DNA of 64,000 bases from a phage, in sequence record PQ724393.1. One strand, written 5' to 3'. The position numbers were made by a program, and so were the translations under genes. Within the stretch, counting starts at the first letter, position 1. Every line of letters starts with the position of its first letter. Below, in pieces: positions 1 to 10,940 of this stretch. The notes beneath the pieces were generated by a model. It was not told the DNA's origin. It saw only the letters and a program-made list of their open reading frames with translations, and made no database searches.

Positions 1-72
1 GAAAGTCTTTAAAGAAGAACTTAGATTTAGTCGAGTTTTTAACCAGGGCCATCAAGTTATCATATAATTCAA

Positions 73-486
73 TCATTGCTTTATCCTATGTTGGGTATTC
101 CAAGGTGGATTAAATTTCTTTATGAACATTGGCTCTTCAAGAGACATGGTCTCAACTGACATAGTTCCAAGTTCGTTAGTCATCGACAGATTAAAGCACT
201 GTCTAGCATAGAACTCTACCTTTTTACCAGCCATTAATGCTTCATGAATCAGAATGGACTTGGTCGAATCCGACGTTTGGTCCTTACGATTAATAGCGGT
301 TCGGTAGTAGTTGATGCGCTTACGAAGATTTTTAGTCTTCCCGATGTAGACTAGTATATCATCAACCGCTATAGCATATATGACATTTTGTTTATTTGGT
401 ACTGTGAGTGGAGCTATGGTGGCGTCATCTTGGAGCTCCAGTGTAACGTACTTGATAAAGCTAAATTCATCTGCGATTTCTTTCAT
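73..486 (-). CDS. denA: Endonuclease II (DenA), GIY-YIG nuclease; track ORF extends to 510 but the extension overlaps a hairpin, so start placed at MKEIADEF
   Basis: GIY-YIG motif (VIYAIAVDD...LVYIGKT...RINYY); position directly downstream of nrdB as in T4. Confidence 0.6.
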   Translation of the reverse strand: MKEIADEFSFIKYVTLELQDDATIAPLTVPNKQNVIYAIAVDDILVYIGKTKNLRKRINYYRTAINRKDQTSDSTKSILIHEALMAGKKVEFYARQCFNLSMTNELGTMSVETMSLEEPMFIKKFNPPWNTQHRIKQ

Positions 487-494
487 AGCAATAA

Positions 495-508
495 GGGGCC
501 GAAGCCCC
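495..508 (-). other. Stem-loop GGGGC-UUCG-GCCCC (as read on minus-strand RNA) between nrdB and denA
   Basis: Perfect 5-bp GC stem with tetraloop seen directly; no strong U tract. Confidence 0.35.
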
Positions 509-513
509 ATTCC

Positions 514-1683
514 TTAAAAATATTTCTTGTATGACGCCATTACTTTTTCATCGACATCATTATCAATTTGTGCTACAAGGTAAGAACTGATTTCCACTTC
601 CTGAGGAGCCGCCTGTACAGCATCAGAGTTCAGGTATTCGCGAATCCAAGGATAAGGATGGCGAGTAGGAGCATCAGTAATAGGACACGGTAAGCCACAT
701 TGCTTCATACGAGAAACTGTCAGGTAATCGACAAAAGCACCCATGTTCTGAGTATTTAATCCAGGGCAAGTACCATCTTTGAACAGGTGAGCAGCCCATT
801 CTTTTTCTTGACGGTTAACTTCCATGAAAATATCAACTGCTTCTTGTTCACACTCTTGAGCAATTTTAACCCATTCATCACCATCTGTACCAAGCTGGAG
901 TTGACGGATAATGTACTGGGTGCCTTTAAGGTGAAGCTGTTCATCACGTGCAATGAACTTCATAATCTTAGCATTACCTTCCATGATTTCCATGTTTTTA
1001 TGGAAGTTAAAGGTGCATGCGAAAGATACATAAAAACGAATAGCTTCCAATGCGTTGATTACATGCAGGCAGAGGTAAAGAGAGCGCATTAGTTCGTATT
1101 TAGCGGTTTTAAGACCTTCACTGAACTCATGGTATTCTTCTAAAGCATTTTGGTATTTACGTGTTTTTTCAATAACGTCATCGTAATAACGACCAATAGA
1201 TTCGGCACGTTTCATGATAGCGTCGTCCAACAGAATTTCATCAAATACCTTAGATGGGTCTGTATAGAGGTTACGCATGATATGGGTATATGAACGAGAG
1301 TGAATGGTTTCACTAAATGTCCATGTTGCCACCCAAGTATCAAGGCTAGGGTCGGAAATCAAGGCTTGAAGTGCAGCAGAAGGAGCACGACCTTGAATAC
1401 TATCCAGAAGTGATTGATACTTCAGATTATTGGTAAAAATATTTTGCTGGAATTGTGGAAGCTTATTAAACTGGGCAGCATCCATCATCAAGTTGACTTC
1501 TTCTGGACGCCAGAAAAAACTCAACTGCTTCTCACAAAGCTCTTCGAATACTTTATGGCGTTGGATATCATATCGAGCAATACCCAATCCTGAACCAAAG
1601 AACATCGGTTCGACTAAAACATCAACTGGGGTAGTATTAAAAACTGTAGACATGTTATTCTCATTTGTTAGTGACTCATCCAT
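514..1683 (-). CDS. nrdB: Ribonucleotide reductase beta subunit, uninterrupted (no intron)
   Basis: 389 aa ORF with class I RNR small-subunit features; adjacent to nrdA. Confidence 0.9.
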   Translation of the reverse strand: MDESLTNENNMSTVFNTTPVDVLVEPMFFGSGLGIARYDIQRHKVFEELCEKQLSFFWRPEEVNLMMDAAQFNKLPQFQQNIFTNNLKYQSLLDSIQGRAPSAALQALISDPSLDTWVATWTFSETIHSRSYTHIMRNLYTDPSKVFDEILLDDAIMKRAESIGRYYDDVIEKTRKYQNALEEYHEFSEGLKTAKYELMRSLYLCLHVINALEAIRFYVSFACTFNFHKNMEIMEGNAKIMKFIARDEQLHLKGTQYIIRQLQLGTDGDEWVKIAQECEQEAVDIFMEVNRQEKEWAAHLFKDGTCPGLNTQNMGAFVDYLTVSRMKQCGLPCPITDAPTRHPYPWIREYLNSDAVQAAPQEVEISSYLVAQIDNDVDEKVMASYKKYF

Positions 1684-1705
1684 GAGTCAATTATAATCAG
1701 ATTTA

Positions 1706-3961
1706 TTAAAGCTTACAAGCTGCACAATCGTCGGCTTTAGGAGTTTCGATTTCGTAATCGTCTGTACCAGAGCCATCACGGGTATTGTGGTAGTAAAAAT
1801 TCTTGAGCCCATAATACCATCCGTACAGCAGGTCATCAAGCATTACGGACATCGGAACTTTTCCTTTCTCATAGTTCTGAGGGTCGTAATACGTATTCGC
1901 TGACGCCGATTGGCAAACCCATTTCAACATAATTGCTACTTGGGTAAGATAAGGTTTATTACCTTTCTTAGCGAGGCTCCAAGCGTAATCATAGAGGCCT
2001 TGGTTATGTTCTACATTAGGAACTACCTGACGGAAGTTACCTTCTTTAGATTCTTTAATACTTACCGGCCCACGCGGAGGTTCGATACCGTTGGTAGAGT
2101 TGGAAACTTGGCTGCTTGACTCGCATGGCATAAGTGCTGATAATGTGCTATTACGGATGCCATGTTTAGCCAGGTCTTCCCGCAACGACGACCAGTCACA
2201 AACATAGTTTGGGGCTGCGATTTGGTCAATCTTTTTATTGTACCAGTCGATAGGAAGCTCGCCTCGAGACCACTTAGTGTCTGAATAATACTCGCAAGGT
2301 CCTTTTTCTTCGGCCAACTTGATTGATGCTCGGATAAGTCCATATTGTAATCTCTCAAACAGTTCATGAGTTAAATCGTTTGCGTCTTCATAAGAAGCAA
2401 AGTTGCTTGCCAACCATGCAGCGTAGTTGGTAACACCTACACCCAAGTTACGACGTTTCTTAGCCTTCAAAGCTTCAGGAACAGGATAGCTTTGATAATC
2501 TAATAGGTTATCAAGTGCACGTACCTGTACTTCAGCGAGTTCGTTGATTTTGTCTTGGTCTTGCCAATCAAAGTTATCCAACACGAATGCAGACAGCGTA
2601 CACAATCCGATTTCAGCGTCCGGACTATTCACATCGGTAGTCGGGATAGCAATTTCACAACACAGGTTACTCTGGCGAATAGGAGCCTTTTCACGAATAA
2701 ATGGGGTGAAGTTGTTAGTGTTATCAACAAACTGAGGATAAATTCGTGCAGTGCCTGAACGTTCGGTCATAAACAATTCGAAGAGGTCGCGTGCTTTAAT
2801 ACGTTTCTTACGAATACTAGAGTCTTTTTCAGCCGCTTCATACAATTCACGGAAACGTTCTTGGTCTTCAAAATAAGAATAATAAAGCTCACCACCCATT
2901 TCATGAGGACTGAACAGCGTGATGTAATCATTTTTACCGAAACGTTCCATCATAAGGTCGTTCAACTGGATTCCGTAGTCCATATGGCGAATACGGTTCT
3001 CGTCGACACCTTTGTTGTTTTTCAGAACGAGCAGATTTTCAACTTCCAAATGCCAAATAGGATAATAAGCAGTAGCAGCGCCGCCACGGATTCCACCTTG
3101 TGAACATGATTTAACAGCAGTCTGGAAATGTTTCCAGAATGGAATAACGCCTGTATGTTTGACTTCACCCATGCCAATACGAGAACCTTCAGCACGAATC
3201 ATACCAACGTTGATACCAATACCTGCACGTTTAGAAATGTATTCAATTATTGAGTTAGCAGTTTTGTTAATAGATTTCAGTGAGTCGCCTGCTTCAATAA
3301 CCACACAAGAACTAAATTGACGGGTTGGTGTACGTGCCCCAGCCATAATAGGAGTTGGTAATGAAACCTGACGGGTACTTACAGCATCATAAAAACGAAT
3401 AATATGGGCTAAACGGTTCCCTGGCTCGTCTTGGTGTAAGGCCATGCCAATACACATGATAGCGAACTGAGGGGTTTCATAGATTTTACCGGTTGTTTTA
3501 TCTTTAACCAGATATTTCTCTTTAAGCTGCATTGCGCCAGCGTAAGTCAATTCAAAGTCACGTTCATGCTTGATATGAGATTCTAAGAAAGTAATTTCTT
3601 CTGCAGAATATCGAGACAGCAATTCTGGGTCATATTTACCTTCGTTAACACAATAGGAAATATGGTCAATAAAACTACGCGGTTCAAACTGGCCATAAAC
3701 TTCTTTACGCAGGGCAAACATCAATTGCTTTGCAGCAACATACTGATAATCAGGCTCTTCAACCGAGATAAGGTTGGCCGCGACCTTAACAGTCAAATTC
3801 TGGATATCTTTGGTAGTCATACCATCACGAAGGTGGGATTTGATTTCTTCGTATAATTCGTAGGGATCGATTTGGGTTCCTTCACAACCCCAAGTCAGAA
3901 CTTTAATAATTTTTTGTGCGTCAAAATCTTGGGATACACCACTACTCTTTTGTACTTGCAT
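1706..3961 (-). CDS. nrdA: Ribonucleotide reductase alpha subunit
   Basis: 751 aa ORF, class Ia RNR large subunit with C-terminal CxxC tail; synteny with nrdB/td. Confidence 0.9.
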   Translation of the reverse strand: MQVQKSSGVSQDFDAQKIIKVLTWGCEGTQIDPYELYEEIKSHLRDGMTTKDIQNLTVKVAANLISVEEPDYQYVAAKQLMFALRKEVYGQFEPRSFIDHISYCVNEGKYDPELLSRYSAEEITFLESHIKHERDFELTYAGAMQLKEKYLVKDKTTGKIYETPQFAIMCIGMALHQDEPGNRLAHIIRFYDAVSTRQVSLPTPIMAGARTPTRQFSSCVVIEAGDSLKSINKTANSIIEYISKRAGIGINVGMIRAEGSRIGMGEVKHTGVIPFWKHFQTAVKSCSQGGIRGGAATAYYPIWHLEVENLLVLKNNKGVDENRIRHMDYGIQLNDLMMERFGKNDYITLFSPHEMGGELYYSYFEDQERFRELYEAAEKDSSIRKKRIKARDLFELFMTERSGTARIYPQFVDNTNNFTPFIREKAPIRQSNLCCEIAIPTTDVNSPDAEIGLCTLSAFVLDNFDWQDQDKINELAEVQVRALDNLLDYQSYPVPEALKAKKRRNLGVGVTNYAAWLASNFASYEDANDLTHELFERLQYGLIRASIKLAEEKGPCEYYSDTKWSRGELPIDWYNKKIDQIAAPNYVCDWSSLREDLAKHGIRNSTLSALMPCESSSQVSNSTNGIEPPRGPVSIKESKEGNFRQVVPNVEHNQGLYDYAWSLAKKGNKPYLTQVAIMLKWVCQSASANTYYDPQNYEKGKVPMSVMLDDLLYGWYYGLKNFYYHNTRDGSGTDDYEIETPKADDCAACKL

Positions 3962-4089
3962 AATTTCCTCAATATGTTAGGTTCTACATCTATAATAACA
4001 TAGAACCTGTTAAGCATGGACTGATATTTATAGAATGAAATTCAGTCCGACCATAATAACCAAAAACAGAGTACAGATTATTTGAATTT

Positions 4090-5744
<1,655 letters not shown>

Positions 5745-5767
<23 letters not shown>

Positions 5768-6101
5768 AATTAGACCGTAGCTTTTTAATGGCAGTAAAAT
5801 CTTTGCGAATATCGAGAACCAATTTGTAAAGATGTTTAATTGTATCTGTATCAAAATATGATACCGCGCAACGTGATTGGCGAATATCTTCTAATGAATA
5901 TTTGCTTTCGCAAGACCCGTATCCAATGATACCACTAATGCACTTGTCATTAAGCGTATATTTCTGTGGGCCATCAATATTATTTTTAGGATAGATATAA
6001 AGGCTCCAATCAAATTTTTGTTCAAGCGTATTAACCTTAACTTCAAGAATCAGTTCAGGATGGGCATCATCTTTAGCAAAGCAAGTGTATTCAGTAAGCA
6101 T
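5745..6101 (-). CDS. Hypothetical protein
   Basis: 118 aa ORF, SD-like GAGGTG upstream, stop/start overlap with upstream gene. Confidence 0.45.
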
Positions 6102-6346
6102 TATAGCACCTCAACATGTGTGATATCGTTTGGCCAAATGATGTCATGATGGTTATAATAGGAAATATCGCCCTTAACAAAACGATAATTATTACCACGG
6201 CCTTGCTCCCAGGCCAAAGATACCTTATGGAGGTTTTCATAACGGTCCCTGACCCAAAAGGATTCGTCATATGCTGTATTATTATAAAGTCTATCCAATT
6301 CTGCTTCGGTACCAGTAAACTCTTTTAAATTGATAGTAATTTGCAT
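6101..6346 (-). CDS. Hypothetical protein, 81 aa (track ORF 6101-6583 trimmed to internal Met)
   Basis: Strong SD GAGGAAAA 6 nt before internal ATG; longer reading overlaps neighbouring gene. Confidence 0.4.
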   Translation of the reverse strand: MQITINLKEFTGTEAELDRLYNNTAYDESFWVRDRYENLHKVSLAWEQGRGNNYRFVKGDISYYNHHDIIWPNDITHVEVL

Positions 6347-6356
6347 TATATTTTCC

Positions 6357-6596
6357 TCACGCTTTCTTAGCGATTTTCCAGTCAGCTTTAAATTGGTCGA
6401 CATCAGAGTGGTGAATCCAGAAACCAGACGAGCTACCATCTTCATAAAGAGGACAACCATCACACTCATCTTTCCAACCCATCGCGCATAAAGCTTGTTC
6501 AGCTTTTTCCAGAGCTTCCGGGTTATTACCTTGGATTGTGAAGTACCATTTGCCTTTAACTTCAGAATCGTTGATTGATTCACGTTGTAATTTCAT
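6357..6596 (-). CDS. Hypothetical protein, 79 aa
   Basis: SD AAGGAGAA before ATG at 6596; early promoter just upstream. Confidence 0.45.
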   Translation of the reverse strand: MKLQRESINDSEVKGKWYFTIQGNNPEALEKAEQALCAMGWKDECDGCPLYEDGSSSGFWIHHSDVDQFKADWKIAKKA

Positions 6597-6620
6597 TTTA
6601 TTCTCCTTAGTTGACAAGGC

Positions 6621-6651
6621 TATAGTATCACTACCATAGCCTGATGTAAAC
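6621..6651 (-). promoter_or_regulatory. T4-type early promoter (GTTTAC -35, 18 nt spacer, TG-extended TACTAT -10)
   Basis: Minus-strand GTTTAC at 6646-6651 and the conserved TGATACTATAG block. Confidence 0.5.
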
Positions 6652-6879
6652 TTATTTTTGAATTAAGCCCATATAAAATTTAGTGTCTTCCGGGTGCATA
6701 CCGTCGCAATACTCGTCAGCCATAAAGCGGGTAAGGTCTTCAAGAGGACCTTGGACTTCAATTTGCATACTACAGAATTGAGTATCTTTAATATGGGTCA
6801 CAACTAAAGAAGGATAACGATTACGGATAACTTCGTAAGTGTATTCAAAATCAACGATATCAATATTAACCTTAGCCAT
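6652..6879 (-). CDS. Hypothetical protein, 75 aa (start moved to MAKVNID)
   Basis: SD GAGGAAAA before the internal ATG; upstream ATG lies in the leader. Confidence 0.45.
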   Translation of the reverse strand: MAKVNIDIVDFEYTYEVIRNRYPSLVVTHIKDTQFCSMQIEVQGPLEDLTRFMADEYCDGMHPEDTKFYMGLIQK

Positions 6880-6910
6880 TTTATTTTCCTCACTCATTAG
6901 TTGATAGGTC

Positions 6911-6940
6911 TATAGTATCATGTTTAAAGGCGTTGTAAAC
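6911..6940 (-). promoter_or_regulatory. T4-type early promoter
   Basis: GTTTAC (6935-6940), 17 nt spacer, TGATACTATAGACCTATCAACT block. Confidence 0.55.
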
Positions 6941-6942
6941 AT

Positions 6943-7215
6943 TTATTTTTGAATTTTATCAAGCCATTTACCAAGTTTAATCATTTCTTTGGTAGCTTTT
7001 TCCATACTTCTGAATTTAACCAGTAAAGGTTGTGAATCAACACCCATAACTAAGGTGGTTACAAGACTATGTTCACCTACAAGCCATAATGAATAAGTTT
7101 GGATATCGAGCCCGTAATTTCGGTCTTTATGAACTCGTACGCCCATAACTTCAAACTGTTCGCTGGCTTTTTCTACGGCATCCAGGAAATCATCTTTAGT
7201 CATGTTAAATTCCAA
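6943..7215 (-). CDS. Hypothetical protein
   Basis: 90 aa ORF, overlaps upstream gene by 11 nt (coupled). Confidence 0.45.
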   Translation of the reverse strand: MEFNMTKDDFLDAVEKASEQFEVMGVRVHKDRNYGLDIQTYSLWLVGEHSLVTTLVMGVDSQPLLVKFRSMEKATKEMIKLGKWLDKIQK

Positions 7216-7567
7216 AGGTAGCTTTAATCAAGGCAACAACTTCTGCCGCATTTTTATGATTGACTTGTACATGAATGGTTTGGGTATCTATTACAGGGGT
7301 ATCATCTACTTCTATGAAGTGTTTGAATTCCCATTCAGCGAGTTCAAAATATTCATCAGCATTATCTAGGCTATCTAAGATAGTACCGTCTTTCATTTCA
7401 ACTTTTTCAACAAAATAATCACCGTCGATATAACACATATCCAGGACTTTAAAGGAACCACCGTGTTGTTCCATCAGTTTGACCATACGTGAGTTATCGT
7501 CAGGACTACCCTCAATGAATTTTCTTTTAGAAGAAGGGTCTAATGCGTAAGTTTTACCAGTTTCCAT
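7205..7567 (-). CDS. Hypothetical protein
   Basis: 120 aa ORF, SD GAGGAAAT upstream, downstream of an early promoter. Confidence 0.45.
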   Translation of the reverse strand: METGKTYALDPSSKRKFIEGSPDDNSRMVKLMEQHGGSFKVLDMCYIDGDYFVEKVEMKDGTILDSLDNADEYFELAEWEFKHFIEVDDTPVIDTQTIHVQVNHKNAAEVVALIKATFGI

Positions 7568-7594
7568 TTTTATTTCCTCATGTAGTTGATAAGT

Positions 7595-7625
7595 CTATAG
7601 TATCATGTTTAAAGGCATTGTAAAC
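7595..7625 (-). promoter_or_regulatory. T4-type early promoter
   Basis: GTTTAC (7620-7625) plus TGATACTATAGACTTATCAACTAC block. Confidence 0.55.
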
Positions 7626-7641
7626 CATTAAATGCCAAAAA

Positions 7642-7661
7642 GGGAAGACCGAAGTCTTCCC
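7642..7661 (-). terminator. Hairpin GGGAAGAC-UUCG-GUCUUCCC downstream of gene 32
   Basis: 8-bp stem with UUCG tetraloop immediately 3-prime of the gp32 stop, followed by a U-rich stretch. Confidence 0.5.
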
Positions 7662-7677
7662 ATTATAAATCAATAAC

Positions 7678-8583
7678 TTATAGACCAGCTAACAAATCGT
7701 CCAGACCGTCGTCATCAGAAGGACTTACTGACGGCTCAGGAGTAGTGGAACGAGCAGGTGTAGACGGTTTGGAATCATATGCATCAAGGTCTGCACTGAA
7801 TGCGTCCAGGTCATCACCAATCTTATCAGCGGCTGCAGAAGCTTTAGCGGCAGCACCACCAAGAGCAGCTGTACCAACAACTTTCTTAAACTTGGCTTCG
7901 TTAGTTTCGAATGATTTGAAATCGAGCAGTTTAGAAAGGTCGTGCATTTCTTCCATCAATTTAGCTTGGTAAGCTTCGTCATTGATGTTAGGAATTTCAG
8001 ACTGACCCATGAATTTGGAATCGTCGTAGTTTTTGAAGTCGCCAACTTTCTTAGATTTCAGTACGAAGTTCGCACCATCAAACGGACATGTTACGTCAAC
8101 CGGCACTTCACCAATATCAGTATCAACTTCAACCATCTGGTTGATTTTATCCATAATTTTCTGACCGAAACGGAATTTAAACACTTTACCTTCGTTAGCA
8201 GGCACTGCACTATCCTTAATAACAAGGATGTTAGCCCAGAAGGAAGTTTTACGTTTCATCAGTTTGTATTCGGCATTATTAGTATTAAAAGTATCGTTCT
8301 GGTTCATGTATTTACATACAGGACAAGAATCGAAATCACCGTGAGTAGACGTACAGTTTTCAATATACCATTGACCATTTTTCTTAAAGCCGTGGTTAAC
8401 GAGCTTAATGAATGGAGATGGATTTTCTTCGTTTTTCGAAGGTAGGAAACGAATTACCGCAGTACCAACACCATTGTCATCTTTCAATTTCCATTCAGCT
8501 TTATCATCGGAAGAGAAAGAAGAACCACCTTTCATTGCAGACAGTTGAGCAGCCAGTTGGGAAGGGTCTTTACGTTTAAACAT
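7678..8583 (-). CDS. 32: Single-stranded DNA-binding protein gp32
   Basis: 301 aa, Zn-binding Cys/His region and acidic Asp/Ser-rich C-terminus typical of gp32; synteny 32-59-33. Confidence 0.9.
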   Translation of the reverse strand: MFKRKDPSQLAAQLSAMKGGSSFSSDDKAEWKLKDDNGVGTAVIRFLPSKNEENPSPFIKLVNHGFKKNGQWYIENCTSTHGDFDSCPVCKYMNQNDTFNTNNAEYKLMKRKTSFWANILVIKDSAVPANEGKVFKFRFGQKIMDKINQMVEVDTDIGEVPVDVTCPFDGANFVLKSKKVGDFKNYDDSKFMGQSEIPNINDEAYQAKLMEEMHDLSKLLDFKSFETNEAKFKKVVGTAALGGAAAKASAAADKIGDDLDAFSADLDAYDSKPSTPARSTTPEPSVSPSDDDGLDDLLAGL

Positions 8584-8672
8584 ATTATTTACCTTAGCAG
8601 ATTTATCAGTTGTATTTTATTGACAGTTTTTAACAGATTGAGTTAGTATATTAACACAGTTGATTTGAAGCA

Positions 8673-9326
8673 TTAAAACTTGCAAGATTTGATAGTTTCA
8701 ATGAACAATTTACGAGCTTCTAAATTATCGATTATAAGAATTTTCTTATAAGCATTTAATTTAGTCGAATACTTAGACCACACTAAATCGTTGGTCTGTT
8801 CATCATGTTTATTTATTATATCCATAAATGAATCAAGCAAAATAAACGTTTCGAACGAAATAACATTCGATTGAAGGAGCTTAAAAATATAGCTCGAGTT
8901 AACTTTTTTATTATACTCAAAAATTTCAGAAAGCGCTTGAACTTCCACTTTCTTACTAAAATAATAAATGTTTTTGATATCATCCTCAAAAACTTGTTTT
9001 ATTCTTTTAAGTCTACCGATATATTCTCGGTAAAAGACTAAGGCGTCAGCATCACTGATGTCGCCAATCCATGCGTCTTGGTTAGCCACCAAGTTACTCA
9101 TGAAGATAAGAGCAAGCTCTTTCAAAGTGTATTTATCACTCAATTTCTCGAAGAAATATTTGTCACGACGTTTTTGGTAAGCCGTATCAGAGATTCGCAT
9201 GACCCAGTTATATTTTATAACGTCGTATTTGGCATTGAAGTGATGTTTGAGCATTAAGTATAGTGAATATACGCTCTTACCATTCACCATACGGTTATTG
9301 TTTGGTGGCATGCGAATCTTAATCAT
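8673..9326 (-). CDS. 59: Helicase loader gp59
   Basis: 217 aa, same length and position as T4 gp59. Confidence 0.75.
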   Translation of the reverse strand: MIKIRMPPNNNRMVNGKSVYSLYLMLKHHFNAKYDVIKYNWVMRISDTAYQKRRDKYFFEKLSDKYTLKELALIFMSNLVANQDAWIGDISDADALVFYREYIGRLKRIKQVFEDDIKNIYYFSKKVEVQALSEIFEYNKKVNSSYIFKLLQSNVISFETFILLDSFMDIINKHDEQTNDLVWSKYSTKLNAYKKILIIDNLEARKLFIETIKSCKF

Positions 9327-9625
9327 AACAAGAAATCCAAGGTATTAGTTTTTTGCGTTCGTGCCATTGAAGGACGAAGCAAGTTATCATCAATGGCTTC
9401 GTTCATAATTTTATCAATAATTCCTGCAGGCAAATAACGAGCAAAGTTACCTTCAGGGATGCTGTTCTCTTCCAACCATGCGGTAGCCGCTTCGAGGTAA
9501 CTACAACCTTCAGCCTCAACAAAGGCCTCAATATCAAGGCCATTCTGTTGTTTATTTACCAATACATGGACAGGTTCAGAAGCGGTATTAACCGCTCCAT
9601 CAAAATCATTCAAAGATTGTGTCAT
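9323..9625 (-). CDS. 33: Late transcription co-activator gp33
   Basis: 100 aa acidic protein in the T4 gene 33 position. Confidence 0.55.
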   Translation of the reverse strand: MTQSLNDFDGAVNTASEPVHVLVNKQQNGLDIEAFVEAEGCSYLEAATAWLEENSIPEGNFARYLPAGIIDKIMNEAIDDNLLRPSMARTQKTNTLDFLL

Positions 9626-9884
9626 ACAGTTCTACCACTTCAGTTTTTTCGTCTTCGAAACGTTCACGAGTGCCTTTATGATACAGTGAGAACAGCTGGT
9701 TAAACATTTTACCGTCGACACCAAGTTCAGTCTTAGCACGGTCTTTGATATCTTTAATTTCATCGCCATAGGCTTCCATTTTTAATTTAGTATCGGAAGC
9801 AGACTTAATCAGTTGTGCCAATGTGTTACCATGTTCTTCTTGATTGAATTCAACTTTCACTTTTTCTTTAGCCATTATATTCAC
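9606..9884 (-). CDS. dsbA: dsDNA-binding protein DsbA
   Basis: 92 aa, position between 33 and rnh. Confidence 0.5.
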   Translation of the reverse strand: MNIMAKEKVKVEFNQEEHGNTLAQLIKSASDTKLKMEAYGDEIKDIKDRAKTELGVDGKMFNQLFSLYHKGTRERFEDEKTEVVELYDTIFE

Positions 9885-9885
9885 C

Positions 9886-10833
9886 TTAATAAAAATCAGC
9901 TACCGTAGCAGTTAGTTTAGACAAACCAGATTTAACGAAATAAGGATAGACTTTAGATTTCGAAGGTTTGTTATACGTATTATATCTTTCGGTAATTAAA
10001 GCAACAATATCATCTGGAATAAAGTCCATATCAATTAAGATTTGGTTTTCACAGAAACGTTCATATTGTTCCTCAGTAAGAAGTGTTTTAATTATATCAT
10101 GGTCATAATAATTCAGAGCAATTGCTTCAAGTTCCTTGGCACGAGTGCTAGGAGTACGTTCGCCTTCAACCATAGTCAACCAATAATCACCACGAACTTT
10201 AATACTTGCAACGTTATCCTTGCGGTCGCCTTTAACAACCTTAGTTACACAATCAAGCAAGGCATCACCGGATTTTGTTTTGACGAATTTTTTCTGCATT
10301 GGAGACCATTGTTTTACACCAGGGAATTTATGAAGTTGGGTAAAGTCACCATCCGAAGAACCGATCATAACAGGATGACCTAAAGCCGTAAGGATACGAG
10401 TCAATACAGCAATATGGTCATCAGCCTCGATTGTATCGATATTCATAACAATATAAGGCATATTATGTTCAAGCTCATCAACAATAATATGCATTGCCGT
10501 GAATAAACCTTCCCAATCAAATGGTGATTCATCACGTGCCTTAGCACGGTTTTTCTTATAATAAGAGGAATAACGACGGCGCCAATAACCTGATTTAGAG
10601 TTATCAACACAAATGATTAGTTGGTTGTAACCTTGTTTACGGAAGTCTTTAATGTTTTTCTTAATTGAATTCAACACGAGGTGTCGAAGCATTGCTGTGG
10701 TTACTTTAGGAAATCCAGCGTTTTCACCAAATTCTTGGAAGGCCGCCGCCATAATGATTTGGCTGAAATCCAGGAGTAAAAATCCGTCTTTTTGTTGGTC
10801 TTCTTCAGGAAGTAAAAAATCTAAATCGTTCAT
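9886..10833 (-). CDS. rnh: RNase H / 5-prime-3-prime flap exonuclease (start set at MNDLDFLL; track ORF extends to 10866)
   Basis: FEN-like acidic motifs (CVDNSKSGYWRR, IGSSDGDFTQL); SD AGAGG before internal ATG. Confidence 0.8.
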   Translation of the reverse strand: MNDLDFLLPEEDQQKDGFLLLDFSQIIMAAAFQEFGENAGFPKVTTAMLRHLVLNSIKKNIKDFRKQGYNQLIICVDNSKSGYWRRRYSSYYKKNRAKARDESPFDWEGLFTAMHIIVDELEHNMPYIVMNIDTIEADDHIAVLTRILTALGHPVMIGSSDGDFTQLHKFPGVKQWSPMQKKFVKTKSGDALLDCVTKVVKGDRKDNVASIKVRGDYWLTMVEGERTPSTRAKELEAIALNYYDHDIIKTLLTEEQYERFCENQILIDMDFIPDDIVALITERYNTYNKPSKSKVYPYFVKSGLSKLTATVADFY

Positions 10834-10864
10834 ATGAACCTCTGTCCAATTAGTGTAGAGGTTC

Positions 10865-10893
10865 ATTATATCATGACCCTAGAAGAAGTAAAC
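10865..10893 (-). promoter_or_regulatory. Early promoter for rnh (GTTTAC -35, 17 nt, TATAAT -10)
   Basis: Minus-strand GTTTAC and exact TATAAT with canonical spacing. Confidence 0.5.
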
Positions 10894-10900
10894 ACTTTGC

Positions 10901-10908
10901 TATAAATA
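10901..10908 (+). promoter_or_regulatory. T4 late promoter TATAAATA upstream of gene 34
   Basis: Exact octamer about 32 nt before the gp34 ATG. Confidence 0.6.
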
Positions 10909-10940
10909 GTTCTATACCCTGAAAACGAAAAGGAAATAAA

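Noticed and set aside
73-510. GIY-YIG ORF as a homing endonuclease or mobile element
   Set aside because: Size, motifs and position after nrdB match the canonical T4 endonuclease II (denA), not a free-standing or intron-borne homing endonuclease.
787-1092. Plus-strand ORFs inside nrdB/nrdA (787-1092, 1430-1696, 1910-2119, 2544-2758, 2861-3103, 3662-3856)
   Set aside because: They lie antisense within well-supported genes, have no SD and are typical AT-rich antisense frames.
4025-4032. TATAAATA octamer (minus strand) upstream of nrdA
   Set aside because: nrdA is an early/middle gene; a single octamer in AT-rich DNA can arise by chance, so I did not call it a late promoter.
6346-6583. N-terminal extension of track ORF 6101-6583
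   Set aside because: It overlaps the neighbouring gene 6357-6596 in another frame; an internal ATG with a strong SD gives a non-overlapping gene.
7942-8445. 167 aa plus-strand ORF antisense to gene 32
   Set aside because: Entirely inside gp32 on the other strand; low-complexity Phe/Val-rich translation; no start signals.
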